A stretch of DNA of 62,856 nt, counting the filler, from Choristocarpus tenellus KU-1152 (Eukaryota > Protista > Phaeophyceae): assembly GCA_964200185.2 (NCBI GenBank). It is 9 parts of 9 records of this genome, joined end to end, with 100 filler letters (N's around TTAATTAATTAA, not from the genome) between each part and the next. Parts side by side here need not be neighbours in the genome. Positions count along the whole stretch, not along the records: positions 42,799 to 62,856 come from CAXNAD020000420.1; 8 more parts are not named here. The stretch is one strand, 5' to 3'. The notes below the pieces were generated by a model that made no database searches, was not told the DNA's origin, and saw only the letters and a program-made list of their open reading frames with translations. Positions within the stretch are counted from its first letter, which is position 1. Each line of letters begins with the position of its first letter. Below, piece after piece: positions 49,021 to 62,620 of the stretch. Both the position numbers and the translations under genes were made by a program.

Positions 49021-49649
49021 AAAGCACTTTTTCAGTGTATTGTAGTCCCAAGGAGAATATGAAGTGTGGGTGAGGGAGAAGAGCTCTACTAGTATGTCTT
49101 GATATTAGTCCATATGAAACAAACTTCTTCACTCTTGGGATAGCCAACCGCACATTTTCTAGCCCTTCCAATACAGCCCCTCATGGCACTTTATGCTTTA
49201 TTACCAATCTCAATACACACATAAAAGGGATGGGACCACAAGTTCCTCCAACCAGAGAGCTCAGAGTAACATCGTGTTAGTATTGAACATCCCTTTCCAT
49301 GCAGAGCACAGCACAACATACACACGACAATGCACTGCATTGCAATGCATATAATTACACTTGAAAAAGGACAGAGCACAACATTACGCAACACAGCATA
49401 AGCATAATATAGCACAACACAAAATGGTGTACCAACTACACAAACACAACAGAGATGCAGGCACCACAACAGAGTCAAACTAGCTAAGAGGTAGGCAGGA
49501 TTGCATTTTATGATCCCAAGAAAATTCGAAAAGATGCCATTTCGTACTATTGCTGAAAGATCCTTTGCTTAAGTGTGGTCTTACTTTGTGTGTGAAAGGG
49601 TGAACATCAATTTTGCGTACACTGAGCCAAAGTAATTGAGAAGTACCCA

Positions 49650-49907
49650 GAGTGAAAGTATCTTAGAGGGTACGAGATTTGCCCTGTTTGTCCATTTGGG
49701 GCTTGGCTTCCCATGTGTTCTTTTATGACATTTTCCTAAACCGAAATGTTTCCAAGTAGGTAAAATGTATACATTGTGAAAAGGTGTATATGAAACATAG
49801 ATATTGACACTTCCTAACAAACATGATAGCTAAAATTACATAAAACCACAACATTGGATTTTGACCCCCAGATGGACGCGGCTCTACCCTCTAAGATACT
49901 TTGGCTC
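49650..49907 (-). mobile_element. MITE family A copy, TSD CCA
   Basis: CCA|GAGTGAAAGTATCTTAGAGGGTA...TACCCTCTAAGATACTTTGGCTC|CCA. Confidence 0.9.
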
Positions 49908-50091
49908 CCAGGTTTGACCGTCTTGCATTTTAAGTCACATATCCAAAACTGTTACAGAGCGCTCCACAGTAGGTGTAGGTGTACTACTACTACATATGGA
50001 TAGGGGAGCACAGAGCACACACAAGAGCTCTACTGTGTAGCGCTCAAAACGTGCCAAATCACAACTCAAGAAAACCCAGCAAAGGGCATTG

Positions 50092-50408
50092 TGTTACAGG
50101 CACTATGTCTTGATGGTGGTTTCAAAAACACCATTGTGACCTTGAAGTCCTAGGTTTGATATATTTATACTTCTTGACGATTTATTTATTATTTATTTAT
50201 TATCATGACCCCATGTGATATATTGTTGCCAGTTCCGTTTTATATGATGATATTGACAATACTAATGAAGGGAATAATTCCAGTGAGAGATGCAGCATAT
50301 TTGATGACTTGTGCATCAGGAGTCCTATACGTGCATCAACGTCATCTATAGGCTTATTGACTCGAGCTATACCTCCTGAGGAGGTGAGCTCCTGGAGTGT
50401 GCCGTACA
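50092..50408. mobile_element. Second solo LTR of the 17407-17703 family, opposite orientation
   Basis: Reverse complement is colinear with 17407-17703; flanks ATTG/ATAG are a degenerate 4-bp TSD. Confidence 0.75.
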
Positions 50409-50847
50409 ATAGCACAACCCCAAACAGTGCAATATACCTACAGCTACAAGAGTGTATCTGGAGTGTAACATATGAGAATACTAGGAACCGGAGGACTCAC
50501 CCTAATCTTTGCTCGTTCTGGGACGGATTGAGAGTTGATGGAATGTATGTTGATGCAATCGTTGGCATCAGGCTGGGTGTTGACATAAACTCGGGTGCAG
50601 GTGTGGGAGAGTCTGTGCAAAGGTCCTCTTCATAGCCCGTGAACACACTGTAGTTGAATTGTGCAATCTGAGTGTTTATAGGCAGAAGGAGAACAAAGAC
50701 CCAGGAAGATTAGATGTTAATAATTAAATTTAATTCGGCATTCTACGTTTACATTCCGAGATTTTGAAGGCCTGGATGAGGAAGAGGATGAGGGGAATAG
50801 ACAGGGCTTGAGATACAATTCAAGAAATATTCTACAGGTTCTTCATG

Positions 50848-53800
50848 TCACACCTCTATATCCTGCAGCAGGCCTGACTGCAGAGTAGGCACAACACAGC
50901 AGGGGCAGGTCTCCCACTGAGGTATTTCTTCCAGACTTGTTTGTGTCCTCTCGCTGAAGATCTCCCTACTAAGGTAGCAAGTGCGGCACACAGAGATATT
51001 GGCCAACCGGCAGCCAGAGTCACCAAGGTTCTCCAGAAAGGCACACGAGCTGCACAGTAGATCCAGTTGATCGGCCATAGACAGAGGTGGAGGGGAGTGG
51101 GGGCAGGGAGGGGAATGTAGAGGGGTACGTTAGAGGATAGGACTAGTAGTTCCTAGGTGACCCTCCCCTCCACATACATGGGAAAGAGGAAGGTCAACGG
51201 TGGTTAGGACATGGGCAAGAGTTTGTCTTGTATATAAATGTTGGACCTGACCACTCAGCAGCAGGGTAAATATCTATCTTGAGTCTATACTAGAAGGCCA
51301 TTTAATTAGATTTGTCTATCTTAGCAACTGTTCCCTTTACACTCCTTCATTCATTGTATTTTCCCGCTTCTGAAAATCATAAACACTTTTTTCCCCATGC
51401 TGGTAAAGATCCATTTTTTTGCTAAATTTTTTCTTGAGGTCAACAGGAGAATATCTAAGAGATTTAGTACATTTACACCAGTCACAGATACTATGTTGCA
51501 AGGGTAAAAAATCACAAGAACTCCTTCGCATCAACGAGTCATTCAAGCTAGGTCTGCCTTACGGTGCCTTACCCCTTCTCTCCATCTTCCTATAGGGGGA
51601 GTGACACACTATTGCGCTTGATGACAGATAGTTTTGGCATATTTCTCAGTATGAGGATAGACTGAAAAGTCTTGTCAACAGTGCTGATTGGTAAGAAAGT
51701 GTTGCGACCGCACACTGTGTGCGTGTATGTCAAATTCCTGTCTTTCCATTGGTCAACAATGTTATCTCATTGATGCCAAAAAAAAATTTCACTCCCTCCC
51801 CACCTTATCTTAAAGATACTCACTGAACTTACCTCGAAGTGGATGCATATTCCATTGAGCTCTCCTCTCTCTCTTTGTCTCTGGTATTAGTGATCACACT
51901 CTCTACTTATGCTGTCATCACACTGACTGGCACATTTCATATCTCCCATGCATTATTTCAATAACATCTCTACTGGAGACTGTAATGTTTACTTCATGGG
52001 TGTCTCAACTGGGTAAGAAAGTTCTTCAGGGCAGACCAAGGTTAACATTGCTGACCAAGGGGAACACAGGAATTTGTGATACACGCATACTGCTTGTTTG
52101 TGTGCCTAGTTCGCAACAACAGTCAACCAATCAGCACCATTTACAGCTTCCCTCAGCCAATCAACATCCTCGCTTACACAAAAACCGGCCATCTAGAATG
52201 TTGGATATGTTTTCACACACCCTTATTACTTTGGAGATTCCTATGTATCTCCTCTTGACCCGTCCTTGTAACTATAAAAAGTGTGCTATCTCTGTTCATA
52301 CTGTCACCATTTGTAGTAGATAGGGTGATGCCAGTATGGTGTACCTGGGAAAGAAGCTGATGGCAGTGTGATAGTTGCAGCTTATACTTTGAAGTGCCAC
52401 AATTGGTTTATCTTACCAGTCATTTTGACCCACTGGCACACCAATACTTGCTTCGCAGTGATCTCACACTCAAAGTAGTTTTAATCAAAATCCGCGACCC
52501 CCACAACCCTAAATTATGTTTAGATCCCTGCTGCCTTGTCTTAGTAGAAGTACATAGTTGGAGTAAGAATTTAATATATTGCAGAGTAAATGAGCCAAAG
52601 TATCTTAGAGGGTAGGGCCGCATCCATTTGGGGGCCAAAATCCAATGTTGCGATTTTGATTTAATTTTGGTTGTCGTGTTTGTTAGGAAGTGTCAGTATC
52701 CTTGTCCTGGACACACATTTTCATAACGTATACATTTGACCTACTCCGAAACATTTTGGAGTGGGAAAATATCATTAAAAAAAATACGGGAAGCCAAACC
52801 CCAAATGGACAAACAGGGCAAAACTCATACCCTCTAAGATACTTTCATTCAATAAATTTGAGAATTGTGATATTGGCTGTTCTGTTTGTATGAAGCATCA
52901 TATCACTTTCACGGTTATAATACATACTGACCATATTTTAATCTTAACCGATATAGTGGATGAAGGGTTATCTTTCCCATCTTAGAGCACAATGTATGTC
53001 ATATATTTAACAGAATATATATACTGTATGTGCATATATGCCTGCAAGTAATCTCAAAAGGGTGCAGCCGCAAAAGAAGCAGATTTACCAACAAATGCTA
53101 ATATACTATCTGTCCAGAGAACTCAACTCCATGAATTTCTACGCAGAGCTATTTTAAGAGCAATAGCACAGCAATGCAATGTAACAGATGTAGTAATTTG
53201 GTGACTTGGCAAAAAAAATTCTATTGTATTTGATTGAAATATCATAGCCAAGTATATATTCTCTCACGTGCTTACTTCCTTGTATCAAGTCACATCAAGA
53301 GCTATATACCTGGTATCATTGTTAATTCAGGTAATGGATACCTGAAAAAAGAAAACACCAAGACTTGTGAGCCTACACTCAAGTAATAAAAATCATACAA
53401 ATACTATCAGCTTGTAGGGCAGAGAATTTGTCAGTGTCCCCTAAAGAAATAGTATGCTTCGAAGTGATTAGAGTACCCAGTACTTCAAATTAGTAACACA
53501 TGATCTCTATCTGCAATCACAACTTTCCCCTCTTCCATCACAATAACAATGAATGATTTTTTGAGAAAAATATATTGCAATATTTTATGTTAATCATGGT
53601 GCAACTGACTAGTCCATAAGGTCCATAAGATAATATCAGGAATTCGTAGTCCATTCTTGATATTTTTCATCAATGCACAGGTCAGCAATAACGGGATTCC
53701 GAGAGGGGAAACGTTGAGAACTCCAAAGGGTTGTGCCACCGACCGTGTGGAAATTGTGTGAGCTGTGAACAAATAGTGAGAGTTCGACTATGGAGCCCCT

Positions 53801-54309
53801 GCCCCTTTTTCTCCTGCTATATAGAACCTTAACAGTAACCTTACATGTATCATCTATTTGATTCCATTGAACCTTGCCATTCATACTCTTGTCGTGGACA
53901 AGCTTCTTAAGGTAAGCGCCCAAGTCTCCTTCCATTATGCATCTGCTCTGCTGCAGCTACAGTGAAGATTATAATCTTCCGGGAGAGAAGGGAGAAGTGT
54001 GTCTGTCAGGTGGGTATCTCACCTGTCATAGTAGGCCGCATGCCCGGTCTCTACCATTCCAATAGTGGTAAGTTCAATGGTGCATGACGCTTCTGAGGGC
54101 AAGAAACACTGAGAATCTTCTATCACTTCTGTCGTCTGCAAGGAACGGAGGAGCTCGGCTCCTTCACCCGGTTTGTGAAATGACGAGGAGCGCAAGTTGG
54201 TGGTGGTCTCGCCCTCATCCCGGGCCCAATCCCATTGCAACAGCGTTGAGGCAGGGACAGGCGCAATCAGCATGGTCAAGAGAGTAACTACCGCTGAAAC
54301 GATATCCAT
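50848..54309 (-). CDS. Putative secreted Cys-rich protein of unknown function (exon 1 54023-54309, exon 2 from 53942, probable terminal exon 50848-51049; middle exons unresolved)
   Basis: Signal-peptide-like MDIVSAVVTLLTMLIAPVPAS; phase-2 GT-AG intron 53943-54022; a downstream Cys-rich frame SCAFLENLGDSGCRLANISVCRTCY...WETCPCCVVPT follows a polypyrimidine/CAG acceptor. Linkage of the last exon is inferred. Confidence 0.5.
52592..52850 (+). mobile_element. MITE family A copy, TSD AAT
   Basis: AAT|GAGCCAAAGTATCTTAGAGGGTA...TACCCTCTAAGATACTTTCATTC|AAT. Confidence 0.9.
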
Positions 54310-56499
54310 ACGAAGAGATTCTCTTTTTTTCCTGCCGCGAAGAGGGACGGTTAGGGCAGGGGTGCGTTAAGGAATGAAGGTTGCTATAGGGAGTTTATAA
54401 TCTACTGACCACTGTACGTTTGAAACGTTTGCAATGTTGTGCAAGGCATTTTCGTTCGATCTTTTTCCCCAGTTGCAGCAGGACATCATCTATCCCTATC
54501 CTCTTGAGGGTTGGCTGGACTTGAGTGGTGTACTTGTGCACCCTCTGTTGACTATGTTGATCACATTGCGTCCATCAACGGTAGACCAACCCTCTCATTT
54601 CACGTCCTTGCAAATATCCGTTTACCTCTACGCACATAATAAGGCCCACAAGATATAGTGGGTGTAAGAAAAAACCCAGGAAACAGCATAGACTTACCGC
54701 CTGGATGTGTGTGGATTTTCTTCTCCAATGATCAGAACTAACCCGCCACTATAGCTCGAAACAACAAGACTAACTAACAGATCGCTATCCACTGTGCTGG
54801 CATACACGGGGTTCTACGAGAAGGAATATCAGTCACCAAGCGACTTCATCGGTTCCAAAAGAAGATTACTGGCCAAGTCATATGGCTAGCAAGGATAGGT
54901 CGATATCTTACCCACTACAGCACCAAGTAGACCAGGCACTAGGGAGCCTACAGAATATCTACTTCACGTCCAACACTAAAAACGTTGGCCACGACATCGA
55001 GCCTGTGATTGCCTAGCATCTCACCTAGCAATTACCGCTTGACGAGCCATCCTGGTACTCGTAGCCGCAGAGCTTCTAACAACGCGAAATGATTTTATTT
55101 TCCTCTAGTCTAATAAAGGTCTCCGCCTGGACAGGGATCACCACGTCTACACCGCAGGATCACAAGTGCAATCGTAACCCTTTGGAATGCGATCCACGGG
55201 CAAGAGAGACTCAGCGAAGGATACAAGCGTCCAGGTTGGCGCGCTTGGCTGGAGAGAATAACAAGGAGTTAGTTCCCTGTAGGGCTTTAGGGGAGACACA
55301 GACAAGAAGGAATCACTTAAAGTCCCAGAAGGAGGGGCGAAGACATGAACTGAATAGTAATCAAGTCAATGTATCAATATCGTATCCAGAGAAGATGATT
55401 CACTCCCAACTATATGTCAAAAAGAGTGTGGGGGTTCTACAGAACCAAACACCAAGATCTCAGATTTTGAATATTGAGACGATTTGAATATCTTATTTGA
55501 ACCTTTTCAGAACATTAAGGTATAACAACCAGTCGGGTCTCTATCTACCAATAAAAACTAACACAATCCAAGATAATAGTGGTATAATATGTTCTATCCA
55601 ATGAAATTTATATATTGTATATTATTCATATTACTATTACAAAAGACATTTTTCAAGTTACTTGAGATTGTGAAAAATGAAAACAAGTCGACAAGTTGTT
55701 AGTAATGAAGGGGTGTCCTGCCGTCGTCGCCACTGTGAAACAGAAACAACAAGCCAACAGGTTCTTCGTAATGAAGAGGAGGGAGAAGACCCACAGGAGG
55801 CAAGAAGGAAAAGGAGAGAGAGAAAGAAGTCAAGAGGGAGAGCAATCCCTCAGAAGATCACTCGGGAAAGGAGTGTGAACAAGTAAGTGGTAACTGAATG
55901 AGAGGGGTTTTACAAGGTCCCCTCGAACTACCAGCTCTTACTTCGAGCAGATGTTACATTCAACATGCAAGAACCAATGTCATATGAATATCAGATTCTT
56001 CTAGATAGGTTACCTTCAGCGTATATACCTTCTTTGGAAGATGGCTCTCACAAGATCACCCTTCTTACATACCTGTATTTATGGCGTATTGTGGTCTTCC
56101 ACTTCTTACTTACACCAAATCGAATTTCATCCACACCCCTAAACACACGCGTTTTCCACATGAACGTTATTTTTTGGACACTTGGCTTCAATACACCAAA
56201 AAATAACCAAATTTTGAAACGGTTTCAATAGACCAGAAAATAATCAAAGTGTGAGGGTTACACACGTTGAGATGATATTAAATGTAGTGTACGTCAAAAG
56301 CTGTCTTGTCTTTCACTGTCTTTCTTTTAAGTCTTACTTACTTTGGTATGTGCAATGAACATATTTGTCTTGTACATATTGTGGTTAAAGAAAAAGAATA
56401 AACATGAAGTAAAGAAAACAGTGTATCAAAATATTTGGTATATTATGTTATTACGAATTTTATTTAAATATTTAATAGAAACCACAACATACTGAAGTT

Positions 56500-58500
56500 C
56501 CTGACTCCCCTGACGGCATCGATTTTTTATGATGGCGTACCAGTGAATCACTGTGCTTGGAAACACATGAAGTGGGCCTTCATGCCAACCAGCACAGGCG
56601 GTGTAGATATCTCTTTCGTGATCCATCAGCATGTTGCTTTTGTATGCTCATTGGCAGCTTCCCTCCCCTCCCTCCTTACACGACAACTAGATATACCTGG
56701 CAAGGGATTTACTGCTGCTATCTGCTCCAGGCCGACAATATTTGTCGCTGGAGTTTCTGTCTAATCATCTACGTCCCCTGTGGAGGACTTGGCCCTGATC
56801 ATTGGCCAGGGATGGGTGGACTTTGGTTATACTTCCCCACCAAGGCAACCTCCAGAAGTACACGTAGTGGCTGCACATGGTGTAAGAGAGACACCCAGGC
56901 GGTCCCAGCACGAGATTGCCTGCCTACTCGAACAAATCCCTTTAGGACTCTTCCCGCTCCCAGCTAGTAAACCTCCCCACAGACTTCAAAACTCAACAGG
57001 AGTCTTCTACAATGACTTTGTCCCGTCACAGGAGCCAGTGTGATCAAGAGCCCGACGCTTGGGCCTCCACCCAGCCCCTCAAGCAACCTAGACAAGTAAC
57101 TCCTCCAGAACTCTGCCTCGTGGTGAACTGTTCATCTTCAAGGGTGGAGGAGCCACTCTTCAATGGCTGCACGCTGGAGAGATATAGGAGACAAGGGGTG
57201 GACATTGGATACGGTCACAGTTGCCCAAACCTGGTGATGAAGTACAGCAGCACTTTCCCATGATCCAGCAACTGAGCAGCTTCTCTGCAGGCAAATTGGT
57301 ATCTCCCCTGCACTTGGGAGGACAGTATCCACTTCACAATCAATCACAATTTCTGTCAGTGTAGATGCGATTTTCGATGCAGGGACTCTCTCCAATGGAG
57401 CTACTGCCCTTACAGGGGAAAGGGATTACTCCTTGATGTGGCATTCACTCAAGCATTGATGTAGCATTCGTTCAAGCACAAGCGGACTGCCGCCTCCTCA
57501 ATTAATCAACCAAAAACAGTGTCCCTGTTGCTGCAGCTGAGACCCGAAAGCATAATCACTGTGAGGGGTCTTTTGATCCTCATAGTTTAACCTCAAAAAC
57601 CTTCGCGGTAGTAGCTCCAGATATCCTGGCAAGCAGACAGAACAACCTCTGGATGAACTAGCGACACGTGCTGTAGGTGGACCCCATGCATACAACTGAC
57701 CCAGTGAATGGGAGTCTCTGCTTGAGCACAATCACCTAGATACTCTTGCATCCAGTCCTCACAAGGGCACCTTTTGGGACAGTGCTTGATCGGTGAGTTC
57801 TCATTTGCGAAATCTCATGCAACATAGAATGAATATGTAGCGATGGGGACGGAGCTTCATATGGTGGACTTGGCAATTATCCATGCCATACAACCATCCA
57901 TATAGCAGAAGTTAAAGCACCTTCAGAGAGTTGAGCATTTGAATAATCTTAAGCTCAACTTATACACTTGATGTTCTGTCATATACCACTTGGCTACATT
58001 CCCAGAAATAATTTTCTGGGTTCTCGGACTTAGTGGTGGTATCAGCTCCATCAATTCTGATGCTTTCCAAAGTGAAACAAACTCATCAGTCTGCTAGTAG
58101 TTCCGGTCCAACGCCTTGATCCGCATGATATCTGCAGCCGTGCTAAAGAGATCAAAGATATCAAATATAAGAATATTGAGTTTCATACGCGAAGGAACCT
58201 ACCTCCATGGAGTATCAATATTGTCGTGTAATAAGTGGGTTTACAATGTTGGATGTTTGAGAAATCAAGTTGAGTTGTGGTTGGATGGTTTGATCGATTG
58301 AAGGCATATTGTACCTTTGAAGTTGTTGTTTGTGGTCTTTATCCTCGTGTATGTTGTTGATGTAGAGTCGTTGAACTTGATTATCTCCCGTACTTAGTTG
58401 TGGAGTGTACAGGATGAATGCAGTGACCAGGAAACGACACTCCAGATGTCCAATATTCCACACATGAAGCATTTGTTCACCTGATGTATAAACAGGGAAA
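56500..58500 (-). pseudogene. Heavily decayed retroelement, probably DIRS/Ngaro-like (knuckle-RT-RNase H)
   Basis: Minus-strand fragments in the expected order: NKCFMCGI (knuckle), MLSGLSCS (cf. MPFGLxxS), CYINA (cf. YIDD), REAAQLL, KTPVEF*SLWGG (cf. TDAS..GWG), TETPATNIV. Confidence 0.4.
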
Positions 58501-60824
58501 GACCTTCACCTTTCGCTAAACTGTTACCAAGGAAAGGGGGTGGTGCTAGCATGAAGCAAATACACTCTTGTAATCACCAGAACCACTACCACCACTGTAA
58601 AACTATGTCCTGGTCAGGTCCGGAAATTAAAATCCTTAGAGATGGATACACGAGTGAACGAGCTTGGCCCACATCCTAAGTCCCCTTTCCCGAGTTATTT
58701 GAAAATGATTCCTCGGGGTACCAATCACAATTTGGAATTGTGTACGATAGATAAACAGTATATATAATAGTTTGCAAATCGAACTTGCATCTTTTGGTTA
58801 ACACTGAGGAAACACCTGAATTTCGTGTGCTATCCGTGTTGATTAAAATATTGTTACTACTACTGAAAACATTGATCTTCACTTACAACAAATATAGTTG
58901 TACTCTATTTCAGTGTAGGTATAGAATACAACATTTCTGCAATTAATACAATTAGTAACCTAAATCATTAAGTATTTCTTTACACCAACATGCTACTCCC
59001 TACATTACACTTTGAAGCACATTATTACTATAGTTGACAAAGGTGAATATACTACTTCCTACTTATTGATTCTTGAATCATGTATACACCTGATTTTAGT
59101 GTATCATCCAATTTGTTGAATCGATTATGTGAATAACACATTTTCCTTACCGTTTACAGTATACCTCCAAGTCCATACCAACTTCCAGTAACTAAATAAA
59201 TAGTAAATGTTCTGTCACTCAAACTGATCTGGTTATATCTTGGGTCACATTTTTTGTGGGTAACATGATGAGCATTAATAGACCACATGCAATTTTTTTT
59301 TGCATTATCAGATCCCCTGTCTGTGTACGTACCTACCTCCCTGATGATTGATGCTAGCTAGGAATAACCATATGTTACAAAAAGGGGGTTTACATCAAGT
59401 GGTTATTGACGAGGTGAATATCTATTTGTATGATAGAGAGGAATAACTGATTAGTGGTTTCCACGCATTGCCTTACAGTATTCTTATGTTGAGGACATTT
59501 TATACACATATGTATATAGTTTTCGTTGGTTTCCCCCTGACACATCTGCAAAATGTCAGAGGGCATAATAATAAAATAGAGAGGAACAATTCGAAATGTT
59601 ATCACCTCAAATTTTGGACTAGGAATTTTCAGGCAACATGATATCAATGCAGCCAAGAAAGGTCTCTAAACAATACATAAACCTATTGTAATCTTATCGG
59701 TAGTTACGGGGGTAAAATGGTTCTGTTCTTATACATAAATATCTATAATTTTTAGAAATATGGACCTCAACAAATATGTATGTATATTTGTAAGGACTGG
59801 AAAATAAAATTATAGACAAAAATAAATTGATGAACAAATAAATAGATTATATATTTTCCAACAACAGAACATCCCCATTCCGTCGACATCTATCAGGGGT
59901 CCGGAAAACCCCAGCAATTTGAATGACAAGAATATTACTTACACAAAAATAAGATACCTAACAGTGAAATTTCATTTTTTTAAATCCGGTTACATTCCAA
60001 GATGTCACCAGTTGTTTTCATGTTAAAACTTTTCGATTATACGTTACAACAGTCAGAGCACGCCAAAATATGGGGGAGACAATGGTCGAACATAGGTATA
60101 CACGCCCCAGAAAAACATATGGACTCATACATGTGTTCGCATCCCTGAATGCAGAATTCGCAAAAATGTATAATATTCTCCATTACTACATAATGTTCTT
60201 CTTTGATATTTTGTTTTAGTCAAATGTAAACGTCTCATTTGTCTACACACCTTGTCATTTAAAGAGTCGTGTATAGAATACAGTCAACCTCAAGGTGAGC
60301 CCGCAAAATTGCCCTCTGGCCTTACAAACTTCGGCAATAATATGACTTGATGACTTCTTGAGCACCCTGTGTATTCGTCGAACCCCCTACTGCACGTAGT
60401 ATAATATCAGAAGTGGCCACCTATTAAGTTGAAATCTAGCTCCCAGCAGCGGAGTTTTCTCCGAATATACATAGATGCAACTTTTCTCCCCCCAACCTGG
60501 TATGATGGGTAAATAGGAAGATGCATGTTGGGGGTAGTGCATGAGTTGTTTAGTTGTACAACGTACACCTCTAGTAATATAGTAACTACTAATCTGGTGC
60601 GGTCTGACACTTCTGGCAAAATCGAGACAGCATCGTCTCCCAAGTTCTCAGTCAGAGAATTAGAAAAAAATAACATGATAGAGTCATCTATTTATCCAAT
60701 TACCTATTTTCTACACGAATTTCGTGATTCCACTCTCCAGTCCCATTGACAACAAAAAGCATTTTTTTAAACACAATTTTTTGGTCAGAATGATACATTT
60801 AATAGAACCACTTTGCTACTCACT

Positions 60825-61060
60825 CAAAGTGAGAGGTACCTAGGGCTGCATTCTAAGGATGCTGACAAGTGTGTGCAAATTTCGGCTTTTTTTACAAATA
60901 ATCCGTGTAGGGAACTTTCTGAACCCTGTTGAAAATCATTAGACGATAGATAAATCAACGCTTTCGATTTAGTGTGAGTACTTCGCCCATCCATAGAAAT
61001 ATATGTGAATTACAGACGACGAAAAGTTGGCTTAAAATGCAAAACGCCCAAAACCCGGAT
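60825..61060 (+). mobile_element. Truncated terminal fragment related to the left end of the 45129-48126 element
   Basis: GAGAGGTACCTAGGGCTGCATTCTAAGGATGCTG...CAAATTTCG...TTCTGAACCCTGTTGAAAA and TTAAAATGCAAAACG align to 45143-45360. Confidence 0.65.
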
Positions 61061-61699
61061 ACCTTTTGTTTACTTTGACTCACTACCTGGATAAACTCCG
61101 TGTTCCATGAGTTCAAAAGCCTTCCACGCCGGACTTTATTCATGGAGGACATTATGAGAATATACCACAACTGTACAACAAACAGTACAGCAGTATTTTA
61201 TAGTACACAGCAGTAGTTTTATTTTTATAATTTTGCTCTCTGACTTTTTGCAAACGTATGTAGTTTTATTCGTAACTATTACTACTTATAAGAACATCAC
61301 AGGTCTGAATCCTGTCAAACAAGGTAGATAGTAAGCATTACATTGTGGGCCAACCACCAACCCTTGATAAATGCCTGAACAGGTATAAGGTAGGGCAACG
61401 GTTTGAAGGGAAGGGGGGTTGTCTGACGATAGTTACAATATCCATTGATGTATTAATATCAAATACTATACGATTTGCGAACCAAAAGCTTTTTTTAAAG
61501 TCACACACAGGTGATCTTTTTGGGGGTGGCATGGAGACCTTTGTTTGACCTTTTGATTATTTTTCAGATGTACGATTATGAAGAAACCTCAAACTGTGTA
61601 AATATGGGTAGGTATGTAGCTGTGCCAGAACCCGACCTATCAGAAATTAATATAGAACATACTATATATGCACCGCGGTGGAGTGCATGATCTGCTCAC

Positions 61700-62620
61700 T
61701 TTTCCACCATGGTACTTATGCTCAATGGAGGCATCATCTGGCGGTACTTCTTGCCTTTGCTTGCACCTGATGCCGCATATAGAGCAGACAAGTACTCCCC
61801 AGAAATAGTCAACTTGGCTTGTACTCTGTTCCGTCAGTGAATGATGTTCGCTAGCAGTCTCACATTGTTTGTCCTCCTGTTTGCATTTGTTGTTCCCAGT
61901 GTGTTGAGATCATGCTAAAAAGTTATTTTGTAGGCAATCATACCAATGAGATTGAACTTTTCATCTCTATTTACTAAACCTCCAAAACATAGAGAGAGGG
62001 TTTTGTTCAAGGTCTACGTGAGCATATAGTTGTGAGGACTCCCTTCACCAAACCTTCCAAAATGTGAAGACCATTGGCGGTTGGAACTTCAAGATCTGGG
62101 AGACTGAGGTGGGAGCGTGGTCTGTCCTCTTTCTGTGTTGCTGTGTTCGTAGACTAACGTGAGGTCAGGATGCTCTTTGCTTGTTTCCTGAGTGTCCCTT
62201 GCAACAATATCCTCTCGTGTGCTTGGTCTCCACACCCCATGTCGCAATAATTTCTGTAAAATTTGTCTACAGAAATACATCTGTCTCGGAAATAAATTAA
62301 TACGAGCTCAGAAAAATCTGTTGTGACAATGATTTCAGGCAACAATCCTATGGAGCACTCTTGTGTCTCACTTGCAACAAGTTTGATGGAGTACTTCCAA
62401 CTTTAGATGGTCGGGATAGGGTACTGCAAGTTGCAATGCTGTGTATGGGTAGCAAAAGGGCACTGCGCCTGGGGGAAAGAGGAGGTGAAACTCCGCCAGT
62501 TCGTAGCTACTGAGTTCCAGCAGAAGAAAAGAATAGCAGGGGCGTGCCAGGGTGAACCTGTGGGACTGTGCTGATGTCTGATGATAGTTACAAAATATCC
62601 ACTGTTTCAGGTCTAGCAAT
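61700..62620 (-). pseudogene. Possible decayed LINE reverse-transcriptase remnant
   Basis: Weak broken motifs resembling YDTVP and RQGCPLS regions; many stops. Confidence 0.3.

Noticed and set aside
28160-52850. Repeated AAAGTATCTTAGAGGG motif as CRISPR-like repeats
   Set aside because: Dispersed inverted termini of MITEs with TSDs; no regular spacers and no cas genes.
57130-57220. Plus-strand FKGGGATLQWLHAG...GHW resembling a tyrosine-recombinase motif
   Set aside because: Antisense to the RT/RNase H fragments, lacks the HxxR residues and contains a stop; probably chance.
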